Of a stretch of DNA of 64,000 nucleotides, positions 38,243-52,176 are shown piece by piece. A model generated the notes under the pieces. It did not search any database, had not been told where the DNA came from, and saw only the letters and a program-made list of their open reading frames with translations. Source of the DNA: Azolla caroliniana (Eukaryota; Plantae; Polypodiophyta). A program made the translations under genes and the position numbers. The stretch's first letter is position 1. Each line of letters opens with the position of its first letter. The stretch covers positions 7,130,001 through 7,194,000 of the forward strand of contig JBHGNT010000012.1 of the NCBI GenBank assembly GCA_043228905.1, given 5' to 3'.

Positions 38243-40429
38243 GAAACAATTAGAAACTATGATATCTAAGACTTTTCCTTTTGATAGCTATAGTCGTCAA
38301 TGAAGGCGACGAAATATCGGCTCCTGCCAAGACTAACGTTTTGTGCCAGTCCCCATACATCCGAATGTATTAAGTCGAGCTAGTTACGGCTCCGATTTCT
38401 TTCGATGGGGAATGGAATGCGGTGTTGCTTCCTGAGTTGGCAGGCTTCACAAATTTGGGCCTTCCGGCCACTAAATTTCAGCAGTTCGAACACAACCTGT
38501 TTCGACTACAAGTCCTGAAGCCTTTGATAATTTACGTGGCCAATCCAATAGTGCCACAAGTTGATATCCAACTCAACTTTCTAACCTTTTGCGTACAAAG
38601 CGGTGCCTACGTCATTGGTATCGAGGATAAACATCCTCCCGCCCGGCACCATTGCACGATGATCTGACCCTCTTCCTCGATGAAGCACCAGAGGTGCGTA
38701 AACCGCACTTGCATCCCCTGGTTGACGATCTGTCCGACCAACACCAGGTTCTTCGTGATTGTCGGAAGATGTAAAACATTCATTAGCTTTCCCTTTTGTT
38801 CGACATGACTCAAAGGAACTTCTCTAACTTGCTTGATCGGGTGAGGAGTGTCGTCTACAGTTTCGACAACTCCTGGTTGCTCCAGTTTTTCAAGATATGA
38901 GAACCACTCTTCGTGGCTGCTCATGTGGTTCGATGATCCGGAGTCAACGGATCACACTTCCTCTGATCCGGAAGCGGTCTCCTTCATCGAGTTCGCCTTG
39001 TGTTTCATCACCAAGGTTGGCCCCTTTTCCGGTCTTTCTGGTTCTGGATCCTTTTGATCCTTTGGCATAGTGTGAGCTTTGCCACCTCCCTTGTCCGGTC
39101 TTGCCGGATCCGGAGTTATCCGAATTGGCGCACTTCTTCCAGCACTCGCTCTCCCGGTGGTCTTTCTTGCCACAGTACCAACATTCCATCTCGGCCTTCA
39201 ATTGCCGGTTTCCGGCACCGCCTTGACTCCCCCTACTTGTGAAGGGTCCAGAACTGTTGTCGCCACTATCCCTGTGCCTCCAATTTTGCTCTTGCCAGCC
39301 ACCGCTATTGCGTGCCAACCCACCTCGTCCTCCACGACCACGGGGCCGATCCGCCTCCGTGTACAACATTCGATTGTTCAGTTGAGTGGTCCTTGACCCA
39401 CTCGCTTGGTTTTCCTCAACCATTAGCATCAATTGTAGGTCGAATAAGGACAATGGCTTCTCCCGGGTGCAAATCACTGTCTGGATAGGCCCGTTCCTTT
39501 GCGTTAGACCATAGAAGCAGATCTGGACCATCTCATCTTTGTCCATTGTCACATTGATGAACCCCAGTCCATTGCAGATCTCCTTGATCTTGGTAGTGTA
39601 GTCCATAACTGATATGTCCCTCTGTCAGATGTTGTTGAGCTCTTACTGAAGTTGCAACTTACAGGCTATGGTATTGGCGGCGAAAATCTTTTTGAGAATC
39701 TAATCATGTACACAACACGCGACGTAGTAGTGCACTTTGCTCGCTCCTTGCTCCCATGACGGGAAGTCCTTGTGTCTCGGCTCCGGTGCTACCTCGCTTG
39801 CTCCATCGACATAACTCCAATACTCATGTCCCAGCAAGTACCAATGCATCTTGTACGACCAAGATGCATAATTGTTCTTGTCGAGCTTCTTAGTCGGAAG
39901 CGAGCTTCTCATCCCTCTGTCCATTTCTTTTCTTTTTGGTTTGTTCTTATCGGAAGTTAGGTTTCCTTTGTTTCGAAAGCACTTGTCGGCATCAGAGGAT
40001 GTTCTAACCCTCACACTCTGATACCATGTAAAGAAATGTGTGCGGAAGCTTGTAGACGAAACCGACTTCACCGGATAGCAACAGAAAATATACACAGGTT
40101 TAATGGAAAGCTTAAATCACACAGAGAGAGTAGAACAAAACTCAATTTCAAAATAATACTCAAAGACTCTGTACATACAATGTGATAAGAGAGAACTTTT
40201 ATACAAGTCCTTAAAAGGACTGATAAAAGTACTAACAAGTACTTCAATGCTTGTATCGAGCTCCTGACACTAACTCCTAGGATAACTACCTAATAGTCTA
40301 GGAGTGTAGACCTCCAACGGCCTACCGGTTCGCACGTGGGTGCAGATCTCTTCTCCAGACACCGATCTGGCTCTGGCTTATTCAGCCGATCCGGATCAGG
40401 TTGAGCATGTCCGCTCAAGACATAGGTTT

Positions 40430-42063
40430 GGGTCGGTCGATTTGGCTACGTTCACCGCCCCTTTTGGATTGATCGGCATGATTGGATACAAGTTATTGTA
40501 CTTGTGCCTGTTTCCGATCTTTAGATTTCCTCAATTGATCATCCATGTCGACTCACTCAGAGTTGTTCTATACCCACCTTCGGCTAACATGCCGATGGAA
40601 ACTAGACTCCTTTTTAGTGCGGGTATATGCCGAACTTGGCGTAGGGTGATCATATTGCCATTTGACAATCGGATTGGTACTTCGCCAATTCTTGCAATTC
40701 TGCACTCCTACCCATTGCCTAGTCGGATTGTGCCACTGGCATCGGTCGAATAGTTTGAAAACCATTCGATGTTTGGGGTCACGTGGAATGTGGTATCGGA
40801 GTCCAGTAGCCACGTTCGTGCCATCTTGTGCACTGTATAGGACTTCTCCAATCATCAAGTTCTCTAGAGAGAGAATTTCTTTTGACAGGGTGTCAGCAAC
40901 ATTTATTTGGTTGTTGATTGGAGATTGGTTCGAGTTGGATCGTCCCAAGTTCCGCTCGAATCATCGACCACTCTCTTTCCTCTTGATTGACCAATAGTCG
41001 AAAACATTGTGGTCGACTTTTCTACAATGAGTGTAGAAATGACCTAATCGGCTATTTCTCGACTTCAACCGTTGTGGTCTTCCCTCTTACACGGCCGACT
41101 AGTGTTTCGACCGGTTCTGTCGGCTTGTTCTCTCGATTGACTTGGCCAAATGGTGGGCTTCTACGGATTCATCGATGGTGAGTCCCATCGATTTTTGTCG
41201 AATGTCCTAGGTGAGAACTTGTCCTATTATCTCATCTAAGTTTAGATTCAGACAGTTATTGGCAAATGTCGTGCAGAATACCTCCCAACTCACCAGCAAG
41301 CTCGAGAGGAGAGCAAGGGCTTTAACAGGTTCGTATCTCTCATCTTCATGTTGAATTATTGGCGGATCAGTATCAACTTTGATGAGGAGGATTTCTTTTT
41401 GTACACCACCTGTAACTTCTCCCATAATGACAACATTGTCATTTCGTTTGCCATGCTAAAATAGACGTTTTCAACTAGATGCATACGAATGGTTGACCTG
41501 GCTATTTCATCCAATGAGCGCCATTCTTCTGTTGTCATCGAGGTAGGCTTGTTGGTGTGTCGTATTGCCTCAATTTGACGTTGGATGATAAGTACATCCT
41601 ATATCATCTCCTTCCATATGGCACATTTTTTGTCGTCAAACTTTCTGATTTCAACCCCTGTACAGGATGTTGAAGCCATGTTCTCTTTTGAAAGTGAGAT
41701 TTTACTAACCTGGTCTTTCCTTTCAGCTTTTTTTGTTGTCTTGTTGCCATTGAATAGCAAGTTGCACTAATACTAGCCGTAGACAAGTATGCAAACAGAT
41801 ATGCGGAAGCGTGTATGAGAACTTGGTTGTATTATGCTCAGCAAACAACACAAAAAATATGACAAAAGAAGAAACAGAAGCGTAGACATAGTTTGGAGCT
41901 ATAATGGAAGTTCTTATTTCGTTCTCTCTATAACTCTACACTCAAAGATTCAAGGAGTTTATCGTTACAATGTTAGGGTTGAGCTTATATACTCAAGCCC
42001 TAACTAGAGGACGTGTTCACACTACAATTACAAAGTGGAAGGAGTCACCCTTTAATGACAACA
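40430..42063 (-). mobile_element. Old copia fragments (Tnt1/Tork-like gag plus probable 5' LTR)
   Basis: EEWRSLDEIARSTIRMHL...LWEKLQVVY at 41356-41538; LTR-like segment ~41778-42063 next to a decayed PBS. Confidence 0.6.
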
Positions 42064-42682
42064 TTTAGCACCCAAGGAAGAGAGCATCTTGGTCGACATG
42101 TCAATCCTCTCAATGTGATAGTTACATCCTCGTGCGTTTCCTTTAGTATTGTAAGTGATTGTATCTGAGAAGTGTCGTATACGGTATAACAACCTAACAT
42201 ATTTAATAAAACCATAGAGACACCAATCAAATAAAAATGTAGCTGCATTGGTAACGGTAGCCCAACAAGACCAACAGGTAATGCAGTCAACAGGCCTACA
42301 TTCCACACAAGCATCAACAAAATTAGCGAGATTTTGAATCCAGATAGGTGTGCATGTAAAACAAAATATGACATCTCAGGTATTGCAAAACATCTTAATT
42401 AAACAACATTTTTATTATTTTGCTGAAGCATATCATCAACCATAAGTGACATGCATATGTTCAGAATTTGATTTTCTCACTTCAAAGATAATTACAGCAT
42501 ACATCAGTTGAAAATGGCATGAATATACATATTTCCTTTAATAATGGTGAACATACCGATTGATCTATCACATCTGTAATGTTCTATTTCTATTGGCAGA
42601 TATAGCCCATGAAATAGACCAACATTCTGACATAGATAGTCATGATGATGTAGCACATCTGTACTGCTAATGTCCTCCTAAG

Positions 42683-45600
42683 TCATAAATCTGTCGGGAA
42701 GAAACCATTAACTGACATTCCCCCATCAATAGTGATGATTTGACCAGTCACATATCCTGCACTTGGCAAGCACAAGAATGCTGCAACGGAGGCAACCTCA
42801 AACGGCTCTCCGACACGCCGTAGAGGTGTTCGACTTATAACTTCCCTCATAAAATCCTCGTCTTTCAATACCTGTGCGAAGGAAATCATGTGAAACGAAG
42901 TTATGCATATGCTCGTCCTAAGGATTGGTAAGAAGGAAGGAAAGAAATCCATACAGGATTGGTTGATAGAACAGAGAAAAAGAAAGAAACTATAAAGTCA
43001 AAAACAACGAAAACAAATTAGCTGCTTGTGAGGATTAGTAAGAGCAAGGCGAGAAAGAGAGAGAGTAATGAAGGATTGCAGCGATTAGACAGAAAAAAGA
43101 TGTATTGATGTCACTAAAATACCACAATGCTGATCGGAGAGAGGAGAAATAAAATTGACAACTGAAGGAAACCATTACACAGCAGCGAGAGAAAGGTACC
43201 AAATCATTAAATGGTTGAAATCATTACCATTACCATCTAATGGCATTGAAAAGAAGAAAGTAGTACAAATGCTTCCACTAACGGCTAGTTTTTCAACATT
43301 TTTAGAAACGTTCAGATATTTTATTTACCATCACTTTTCAAACAGATCACTCAATTTGAAAGAAAGTTTAGGAATTTGCTAGCACTGTTTCGCCAAAAGA
43401 AGGGGCTAGAGTATTGTACATTAAAACATGTTTAAAAGTTATATGTTTTTTATAGAGAGAAAACCTGATTAGCAAGTTCTGTTTTGATATACCACGGGGC
43501 TACTGTATTCACTCTAATCCCATCCTTGGCCCACTCGCAAGCAAGATTTTTTGTAACCTGATTCATTGCACCTGCACAAAATTGCATAAAACTGTGTGAT
43601 AAAAAAGCACCAAATTCAGGACACTTGCATATTCATAACTGGAATCATGTCTCACTGCACACTTTAGTAGCTTTATTGAGGAAGAAGAACCCTTACAAAC
43701 CCCTTAGATTTCATTTATTTCCCCAAATGCACCTCAGTTTGCATTATTTCCATAAATGCCCTTGGTCAACCCTGCTCAAGCAAAATTGTATGTACTACTT
43801 TAGCAATTATACGGTCATTTCATCCACTTTTCTTCTCTTTTGGAGTTCAGAAGAGGCATTTGGGGAATTAAGAAAAACTCTCAAGTTTCCATGCTTTAAT
43901 ATACTTTTAACAAATCTCTTAAAATGTAGATTTTGACAAACAGTACTAAGGAGAATTGACCAATCAAATCCTCCCTTTGTTGGGTAAGAAGTAGAACTTC
44001 CTAGTTATATATCAAATCATTTCCTCTTTACTCTAATTTCTATGGTATGTGAGACAAGAACTTAGCATCATTTCAGATTTTAATTTGAAAATGTTCCTTA
44101 ATCTTGATGGGATTTGATGAGTTTATGAGCTTGCAACCCATAAGCTTTTCAAATTTTAAGTAAGACCTCTTTTCAAATTTGATGGTCAAGACCCCAGTAG
44201 ATTCAACTAATTCTTCCATTCACGCTAAGTTTCCAAACAACAAATGTTTGCATGCAGAAAAAATGTGTGTACAATAGTTGGGAAAGAGAAATCTTGTCAA
44301 ACCTTGAGAGGGAATAAGGATTTTCATTATTTTATGAGCTCATGGTTGATAATGCACATTTTCCCTTTCAGCTGTGTTTTCAAGCTGAAATTGCAGAAAG
44401 GAAAGCACAATATTGCTGGAAAAACTCTTATAAATATATTCCTTTTTGCTTTTGCAGCATCACATTTCATCATGGGATTTCAATTGGAAGGTGAAACAGT
44501 TCAGAGTTTCCACCCAATCAAACACACTTCACGCAATCAAAAGATACAGAAATGCCTTTTATATGTTTGTGTCTGTGAATGCTTCTTCCTTCAAAATGAA
44601 ATACATTTCACACAATATATATGTGTATGTACATATATAAATTTTTAATATATATCTAAAAATACATACATATAACATATAGAATGGTATCTAAACACGT
44701 GGTATGTGCATATAGTAGATACACACACATATACATGCATACTTAATAATTTATATATTTACAAACCACAAACACACACACGTGTGTATGATACTAGATA
44801 GCCAAATAGAGAGAGCACTGTAAATCTTTCTTAACGACTATAATACATAGTGCATATAATATCAATGCTCGCATATTCAAATTAATTTTCCAAGCTTCAA
44901 CTCTAGGTTTTACAGCTATCCTAGGCTGTTGTTATGCATGCCTGGCAAAAGAAAAAAGGAATTCATGGAAATGTACCTTTGGATGCAGCATATGGAGTTC
45001 CAGAACGAATTGCAACAACACCAGCTACAGATGAAACAAAAATCACATTTCCCTTCCCAGAGGCTTTAAGAAGAGGATGTGCTAGTTGTGTATTGTGATA
45101 GGCTGACTCAAAATTTGTTGACATAATGTGTGTGAATTCTTCAGATGTATAGTCTACCGTCGGCTTCCTGATGTTCGTGCCAACATTATTCACCTGAAGC
45201 CAAGGGGGCAAAAACCAACAAAGACACATGAAAGCTGCTGCTATATAGTAAATACTTCCTAGTTAGCTTTGTTGTTCAATTTCTAGTAAGCAACATGCGA
45301 GGAAAGTCCGAAAATCACAAGAAACATGGGTAACAAAAAAAAGTAGACACGATGCTTCACGGTTATCTTTATATACCAATTTCTAGATGGCATCTAGCAG
45401 CAAACTTATTTGAAAATCATAACAAACTAAAACCATGTTTTCCAAGGCCGGAAAGTCTGGAAAACTAAGAACAATCAAATGCACATTACACATAAGCAAT
45501 TATTAATTCCTGTCTCTTTCATTTGAACATTACTTTCAAAGCAAGGGCCATCAGGTTACAGGGGCCTTGCAAACTTCATTGTAGTACTTATAACAAAGAG

Positions 45601-46358
45601 AAAAAAAAATGCTACATCCAAGAAAGGAACTTGCCAAGATATTGAGTTTTCCATCAAAGCATGAGGACACACGTTGAAACAAAGCTACTCTCTCTTCTCG
45701 ATGAGAGACATCACAAGTTGAGCCTTTGACGGAGAATCCTTCACCTTCCCACTCTCTTAGGCACCTATTCAAATCGTCTTCAGAACGAGCACATGTGTAT
45801 ACATGCGCTCCAAGCCTACATAACTCCTCCACAATGGCTCTCCTGAGATAAAGAAGATTCTACATCAATTAAACATGTGGTTACATTTGAGACCCAATTT
45901 AGGGTCTCAAAAACAGAAGCTCTACAATCTATTTTTCATTACCCCTTCAAATGAGGCTTAACAACAGAGAAAAACTTTCTGGTATGCATCAAATATTAGC
46001 TAAAAGTATGTATCAAATATTAACTAAATTTTTATTCATCAAATTTTCAAAATTTTGCAAAAACAAAGGACACAATTTGTGCCTTCAAATGAAGTGACCT
46101 ATATATTCTCTCTAAAGTTTGCCAAATTTTGAAACTTAACCTGACATTAGGATACAAATATTTAGCCTGAATGATTAAAATGATCATCGGATGCTAGCAT
46201 ACAGCAGACAATATTACTTAGATATTTAAGATGGTATGCTTGGAGAAAGCGAAAACGGAATCTTACCCAATACCACGTGTTCCTCCAGTGACAAGGGCAG
46301 TCTGACCTGCTAGAGACCATCTGGCAGAGAAAGAAGAGGAATCTTGTGGAGAGGACAT
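42683..46358 (-). CDS. Tropinone reductase-like short-chain dehydrogenase/reductase, 270 aa
   Basis: Exons 46358-46267, 45842-45635, 45193-44977, 43571-43465, 42871-42683 sum to 813 nt in frame; [25 protein letters not shown], catalytic [31 protein letters not shown]. Confidence 0.95.
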
Positions 46359-46989
46359 GTCTGTTCAAATATCCCGAAGAGAGCGAGAGAAAAATTAAAG
46401 AGATATACAATGGAAACACATAAAGCGAAGAGGAGACATTTTGTCCACAAAGCTCAAAACACGATGATGACAAATACATTTTAATGCGAAGAAACCAGAA
46501 GAAAGGAGGGGAGAGACATTTCAAACATTCAAGGGAGACCGAAATACAATGTATGGGGTGAGGCCAAGCGCACGGATCGAGCTCAAGCTCTATCGATTCT
46601 GCGCAGAGTTAAATGCAAACCGCCAAGCTAACAGCCAGCAAGGTCTTGGGACGAGAGAATAAGCACACATTCAAATACTGTATACAATTCTACAGAATCA
46701 ATTGCCAAGGGAATTGGGACTGGGGAAGCTGCTGCTTATTTAAAAACAAAACAATCAAACAGAATCCTTTGATCTTAAACAGCAGTTTCAGATGGTTTGG
46801 TTTCCGCAGAGTCTGACAAACCAACCTGAAGACGAAAAACACCTCAGAATTGAAACGTCTGCTGCAGCTCCTTCTCCTTCTCGTTCTTCTTCTTCCTTAT
46901 TTCTTCTTCTTCTTCTTCTTCTTACACCAAGAAATACGATAAATTTACACTCGATATAAATGGATCACCCCACGAGAGCCACTACCATC

Positions 46990-47830
46990 TAAAATGTTGT
47001 ATTATAAGGAACATTTCATGCAAGTTCTCTAAGTTAGGTTTTATTACACGACCAAAATATCTAGATACATTCTCATCAAATGCAGTAAGGGGTGCCATTG
47101 GACAACTTAGGATATCTTTTCACCAACTTGAGATTGAGAATGGTTATACTAATAGAGTCCCTAAAGAGGAAATGATATGTAGATTTTGTCACATAGAGAT
47201 AGAGGATGAGTATCACTTTACATGCAAGTGTCCAACTTACGCCGAGATAAGGGCAAGATACCAAGACATACTAGGACCCTCTCCCACCACCCTCTCCAAA
47301 CTATTAGATACCTCGAATATAAAGAAACTAGGTATGTATATATCTTAGAGCTAAAACAACATACAGTGAATAAGCTACAAAATGTTTAAACCATAACCAT
47401 TCTAATATTCACCAACATGTAACTAATGAAACTTTTCAGGAACAGGGGGAGACGGTGAATGTGGACACACCTACACCACTTGGCCTCTCCCTTGTAGAAG
47501 CATAAAAACAGAGAACAACCAAGCGCCCTCAAATGTCGGCCTTCAAAGCAACTCGAACTGGAGTAGAAACAATTAAGAAGATAAGGGAACGTGAGCTACG
47601 CCGCCTATAAGCTATGGTTGAGGTACCTTTTACATTGGAACCAAGAGCCACATCCACATTGAAACCCTTTTGACATCTCGCTTCTTTTGGAGAGACTTGG
47701 ATGGAAATGAAACTAGGCCTAGTATAAAGCCATTTCCTTTATAGAATATGTTACACCATAACATGTTTTTGTATAATACTAGAACTCTTTAGCTTAAGTT
47801 CTATTTTATTTTATTTTATTTTATTTTTAC
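46990..47830 (+). mobile_element. 3' fragment of a non-LTR retrotransposon, RTEX-like ORF2 C-terminus
   Basis: From 47103: QLRISFHQLEIENGYTNRVPKEEMICRFCHIEIEDEYHFTCKCPTY (CCHC knuckle); (TTTTA)n near 47805-47828 may be the tail. Confidence 0.7.
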
Positions 47831-48050
47831 TTCCGATGAATTGGTAAATACCCCCATTTTACTGTAAACCAATTGTCTCGTGGGCCAATTTTGGTCTTAG
47901 AAGACGTTAATATATCTTCCTTTCTTTTGCATCCTGCCCCCACCCCCTAGGACATTCGCACGCACACAATCACCAGCGAACCCTCGATAGGCATCTCGAG
48001 AACAGAAATTATAGAAATGTGTGTCTTGATAACCCTGAGTGCCTGAATAT

Positions 48051-48197
48051 TGTTACGGGCATGGCCATCTAATATCCTGTGGTCAGAATTTACCGTAGTA
48101 TTCTATACACGTGGATAAGTGTGAGGGTTAAACGAGAGTGTAAAGAATACTACGGTAAATTCTGACCACGGGATATTAGATGGTCATGCCCGTAACA
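48051..48197. mobile_element. 147-bp fold-back mini-element derived from the left end of the 36239-type LTR
   Basis: 54-bp inverted arms (2 mismatches), TG..CA ends, TSD AATAT both sides; first ~97 bp match 36239 onward. Confidence 0.9.
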
Positions 48198-49259
48198 AAT
48201 ATGCTCTGCTTGGACTGACTTTGGGCCTCGTTCTTCCAAAAGACCCTGACTAATCCACCGTCGAAACTCAAGCTAAGAAGGTTGGGCTCGTCCGTTGAGA
48301 ATATGATTGAACCAAAGCATAGATTATGAAAGAGAAGAAGGGAAAAAGAAGAAGAAGAGTGTAGGTCGAGTATGAACTAGAAAAACAAGATTACAAGATG
48401 GCATTGGACCGGATTGGTTCATCAATGACTAAAGCACATGCTCATATATCATGTTTGGACACATGCATGCTTGCTATCTCGTAAATTGTGCATGATCACC
48501 ACTTTGCATTCAAGCAAGCATGTGATTTGGCGACCATGCATTTATAGTTTTACGTATATACCCTAAACTATCTATGAAAAGTTATAATAAACATTATGCT
48601 CATGACATTATCCCATTCCTTTGACAATGAATTCCACGATGCAATGGATGAACAACGTTTATTAGGATATCCATGATAAATTTTGGCTAGAAGTTGTGTA
48701 ACTTATAGTGAGATTCTCAACAAGCTCCTATGTTTGATCACTAGGTGTATAATCCAATCAATCAACCAAATAATATAATTTATTGTGCATAACCAAGTTA
48801 AAGCATAGTGATGAAAACAATATTATAGCTAACATGTAGCTAAGAAGGCGATAGCTAATTGGCTATTGTTTTAGTTGTTCTTTAGTGGGTGGATCTTAAA
48901 GGTACATATCATTTATTATGTGAAGTGAGATTTGGGCACACAATGGAATGTGGGATGTAAAGTGAGATAGGGTAGTGTGGATCTTAAAGGTACATATAAT
49001 TTATTATGTAAAGTGAGATTCTGCATTCATGTCCACACATTCTGCAGAAAAAGTCCTCACATAAATAAGAAAACATGTAAATCGACAAATTACCATACAA
49101 GAGGATCTCATTGTCACTTCAATACTTCAACCAACATATGTATTACTTGGTATGTTTTGCTTCAACCTCTCACCACATAACAATGTGTGTAGGGGATTGC
49201 TTCACAAATCTCCCTTAAGGATGGACAGAATGAATAGGCGAGTTGAAATTATAAGTTGT

Positions 49260-50700
49260 GGGTAGTAGCTACCAATCGAACCATGCTAGTAGCTAATTAG
49301 CTAAGGTGTAACCATGACCGCTAATTGACTAAAGTGATTTAATTGCAACATTACTAATAGCCACCCACTGAACATCAATTAGTTAATTACCTAAGGTCAT
49401 AGTAAAATAATAGCTAGTTAATTTATTAGCTAAGGTTGTAGTGGAGTAATAGCTAATTAGCTAAGTGAATCATGCTAGTAGCTAATTAGCTATGGTCATA
49501 GATAACTAGTATCTAATTAACTAAGTTTTAATTGTGTTAACTAATTAGTTATGGTGATAGATAACCAATAAACATTGGTATATTTTATAGACAGTTTTTT
49601 GATAAGGTGGAGTGGTTTTACTCAACACGAAAGTATTTATTTAAGTTGATGGTTCGAATTTAGAAAAACATAAGGGATCGGTGGTATATCTTGTATCTTT
49701 AGCCTTATGGCGTTTTCTAATACTAATGTAGTATCTTTTTGGGGAAAAAAACTAATAAACTAAGTTTTAAACATGTTAGCTAATTAATTATGGTCATAGA
49801 TAACTAGTATCTACTAAACTAAGTTTTAACTGTGTTAGCTATTTAGCTAAAGTGACTTCATTGGAATATTCTTAGTAGGCACCATCAAACATCAATAAAC
49901 TAGTTAACTAAGGTCACAGTAGAATAGTAGGTAATTAGCTAATGTTGTAGAGTAGTAGGCTAGTATCTAATTAGTTAAGTGAATAATGCAAGTAGCTATT
50001 TAGGTAAGGGTATTGTTGAGAATCAAGCTCAACATAGTGCAACCTGTGAACACACACACTTTGAGCATCTATGAGCACTCAAAGGTCAAGAGTCATACCA
50101 CTCTCTACACATTAACTATGTGTCATAGAATCATATTCTATGACACACAACTAATGAGTTTCACATTCCACGAGAGAGAGTAGTTGTTATAGTTAGTTAA
50201 TGAAGAGAGAGGGTAACTATATATATAAAGCACCCTCCTCCTACTTCATATTAAGTTGGTTGTGACTCCTTGCAATGCTACATTTTTGTATCTCATATTC
50301 TCCTTGTCTATATACACCTTCTTCTTGAGTATTCTATTTTCCATTCATCTATTCATCTTGTGTTTTCTCTTCTCTCATCTCTTTCTTTTCACACATACAC
50401 ATAACACACATCTCTTCCGCTGCACAAGAATCATATCCGATTCTTTACAGGTATAAATAGCTAGTAGCTAATTAGCTAAGTTTTAATTGTGTTAGCTAAT
50501 TAGTTAAAGTGATTTAGTTAGAACATTCCTAGTAGGCACCCATTTAACATCAATAGATAATTAGCTAAGTGAATAGTACTAGTAGCCAGGATAAATAATA
50601 ACTAATAGCTAATTAGCTAAAACATTACCAATTTAGATAAAGTAATTAATAGCTAATTAGCTAAAACATTACCTTAAGGTCAATGATAATTAGTAGATAG
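49260..50700. repeat. Degenerate minisatellite built on palindromic TAGCTAATTAGCTA units
   Basis: Many tagctaattagcta/ctagtagcta variants, interrupted by the solo LTR at 50014. Confidence 0.7.
50014..50449 (+). mobile_element. Copia solo LTR
   Basis: TGTTGAGAATCAAGCTCAAC...TTCTTTACA; TSD GGTAT; homologous to the LTR ending at 52566 (-). Confidence 0.9.
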
Positions 50701-50714
50701 CCTAATGACATTCA

Positions 50715-51873
50715 TGTAGCCGATATGTTGTGGTAGATACTCGACATATGTGGGTTGATGCCTGAGTGATCACTAGGAGGCTCATGGTACTTCATCACAT
50801 TTGTAGATGATTGTACATGGAAGGTATGGGCCTACTCGATCAAGTCAAAAGACGAAGCGCTCGAGGTCTTCACGCGATGGACAGTTGAAGTGGAGAACCG
50901 ATCGGGATACAGAGTGAAGACACTCCGATCAGACAATGGACAGGAATACACCTCTCGAGTCTTCAAAAAGTACCTGTTCGACATAGGGATCTGGCACCAG
51001 AAGATCATTCCATACACACCCATGCAAAATGTAGTGGCTGAACAAATCAACCAAACGATCCAAGAGAGGGTGACGGCAAGCCGACAACACACTTGCCGAC
51101 TCCGAATCGGCAAGAGGTTCACTAGTCGAAATGGATTCGACAAAAAGATTGACAAGATCAATATTCGCCAACCAAGGCAAAGCCGAATTGACAAGAGTTG
51201 AGAAAGGCAAAGCCACGAAGTGTCAAGCCGAAAAAGATAGAGTCAATTCAACCGACACACCCAAAAAGGCTAAAGGGAAGAGCCAACCTAAGTCGGCTAA
51301 GACTCCTACCTCTAATTCAATCGATCCTGCAGAAGGGGAGGATGACGTGACATCGCCAAACTATTGTTACAAGGGTGAGTCACCAACAAGACTCTTGTAG
51401 GCGGTTCAAGTAACATCGATCCGCCGACCGAGCTGACTAAAGAAATCAACTGATGACGTAGGCACCCAGGAGATTCGAATGAGTCTGAAGACCTACAGAG
51501 TTCTACCAATTGGGCCTTGACTACATCAACTACACGAACGCAGGCGAACCAAGCTCCTACGAAGAAGCCATAGTCACGCCAGACGCCAACACATGGCTAC
51601 AAGCCATGAAATCCGAGATGGGCTCGATTCATTAGAATCAGACATGGGAGTTGGTCGAACTACCAACTGGAAGGAAGTCGCTGCCCTGCAAATGGGTATT
51701 CAGATACAAATATGTATCTGATTCGGAGAAGGCCAAATACAAATCTCGGCTCGTCGCAAAAGGATTCAAACACGAACATGAGATCGACTACGACGAAGAT
51801 GACCACCCTTCGGCTCCTCCTCAGGGTCGTGGCGACTAAAGACTTAGAGCTTGAGCAGCTAGACGTCAAGACA
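50715..51873 (+). mobile_element. Degraded copia integrase-RT fragment
   Basis: VKTLRSDNGQEY, CKWVFR...YKSRLVAKGF, LELEQLDVKT; interrupted at 51874. Confidence 0.85.
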
Positions 51874-52137
51874 TGTAAGGAAATGCGTGCGGAAGCTTGT
51901 AAGCTTCACCGACTTCACCGGATATAACAAAAATATTGTGCAAGTTTAATGGAACCTTCAATCACACCATAGTTCTAGCCATACGTCCCATTCGTGCCAT
52001 ACTCATACGCCAATATTCGTATCATACTCATACGCCAATATTCATATCATACTCATATGTGAAAAGGCTCCGAGTATGATTGAAATCCATACGCAGTACA
52101 TAGATATAATCATATATACATACGATGTACATACTAC

Positions 52138-52176
<39 letters not shown>

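Larger units (their letters stand above)
35305..40420 (-). mobile_element. Degenerate Ty1/copia related to the 21332 element; 3' LTR missing
   Basis: 5' LTR ~40027-40420; PBS (ctctgatacca) 40016-40026; gag LPTKKLDKNNYASW and CWYCGKKDH; [12 protein letters not shown]; RNase H remnant near 35305-35500. Confidence 0.9.
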
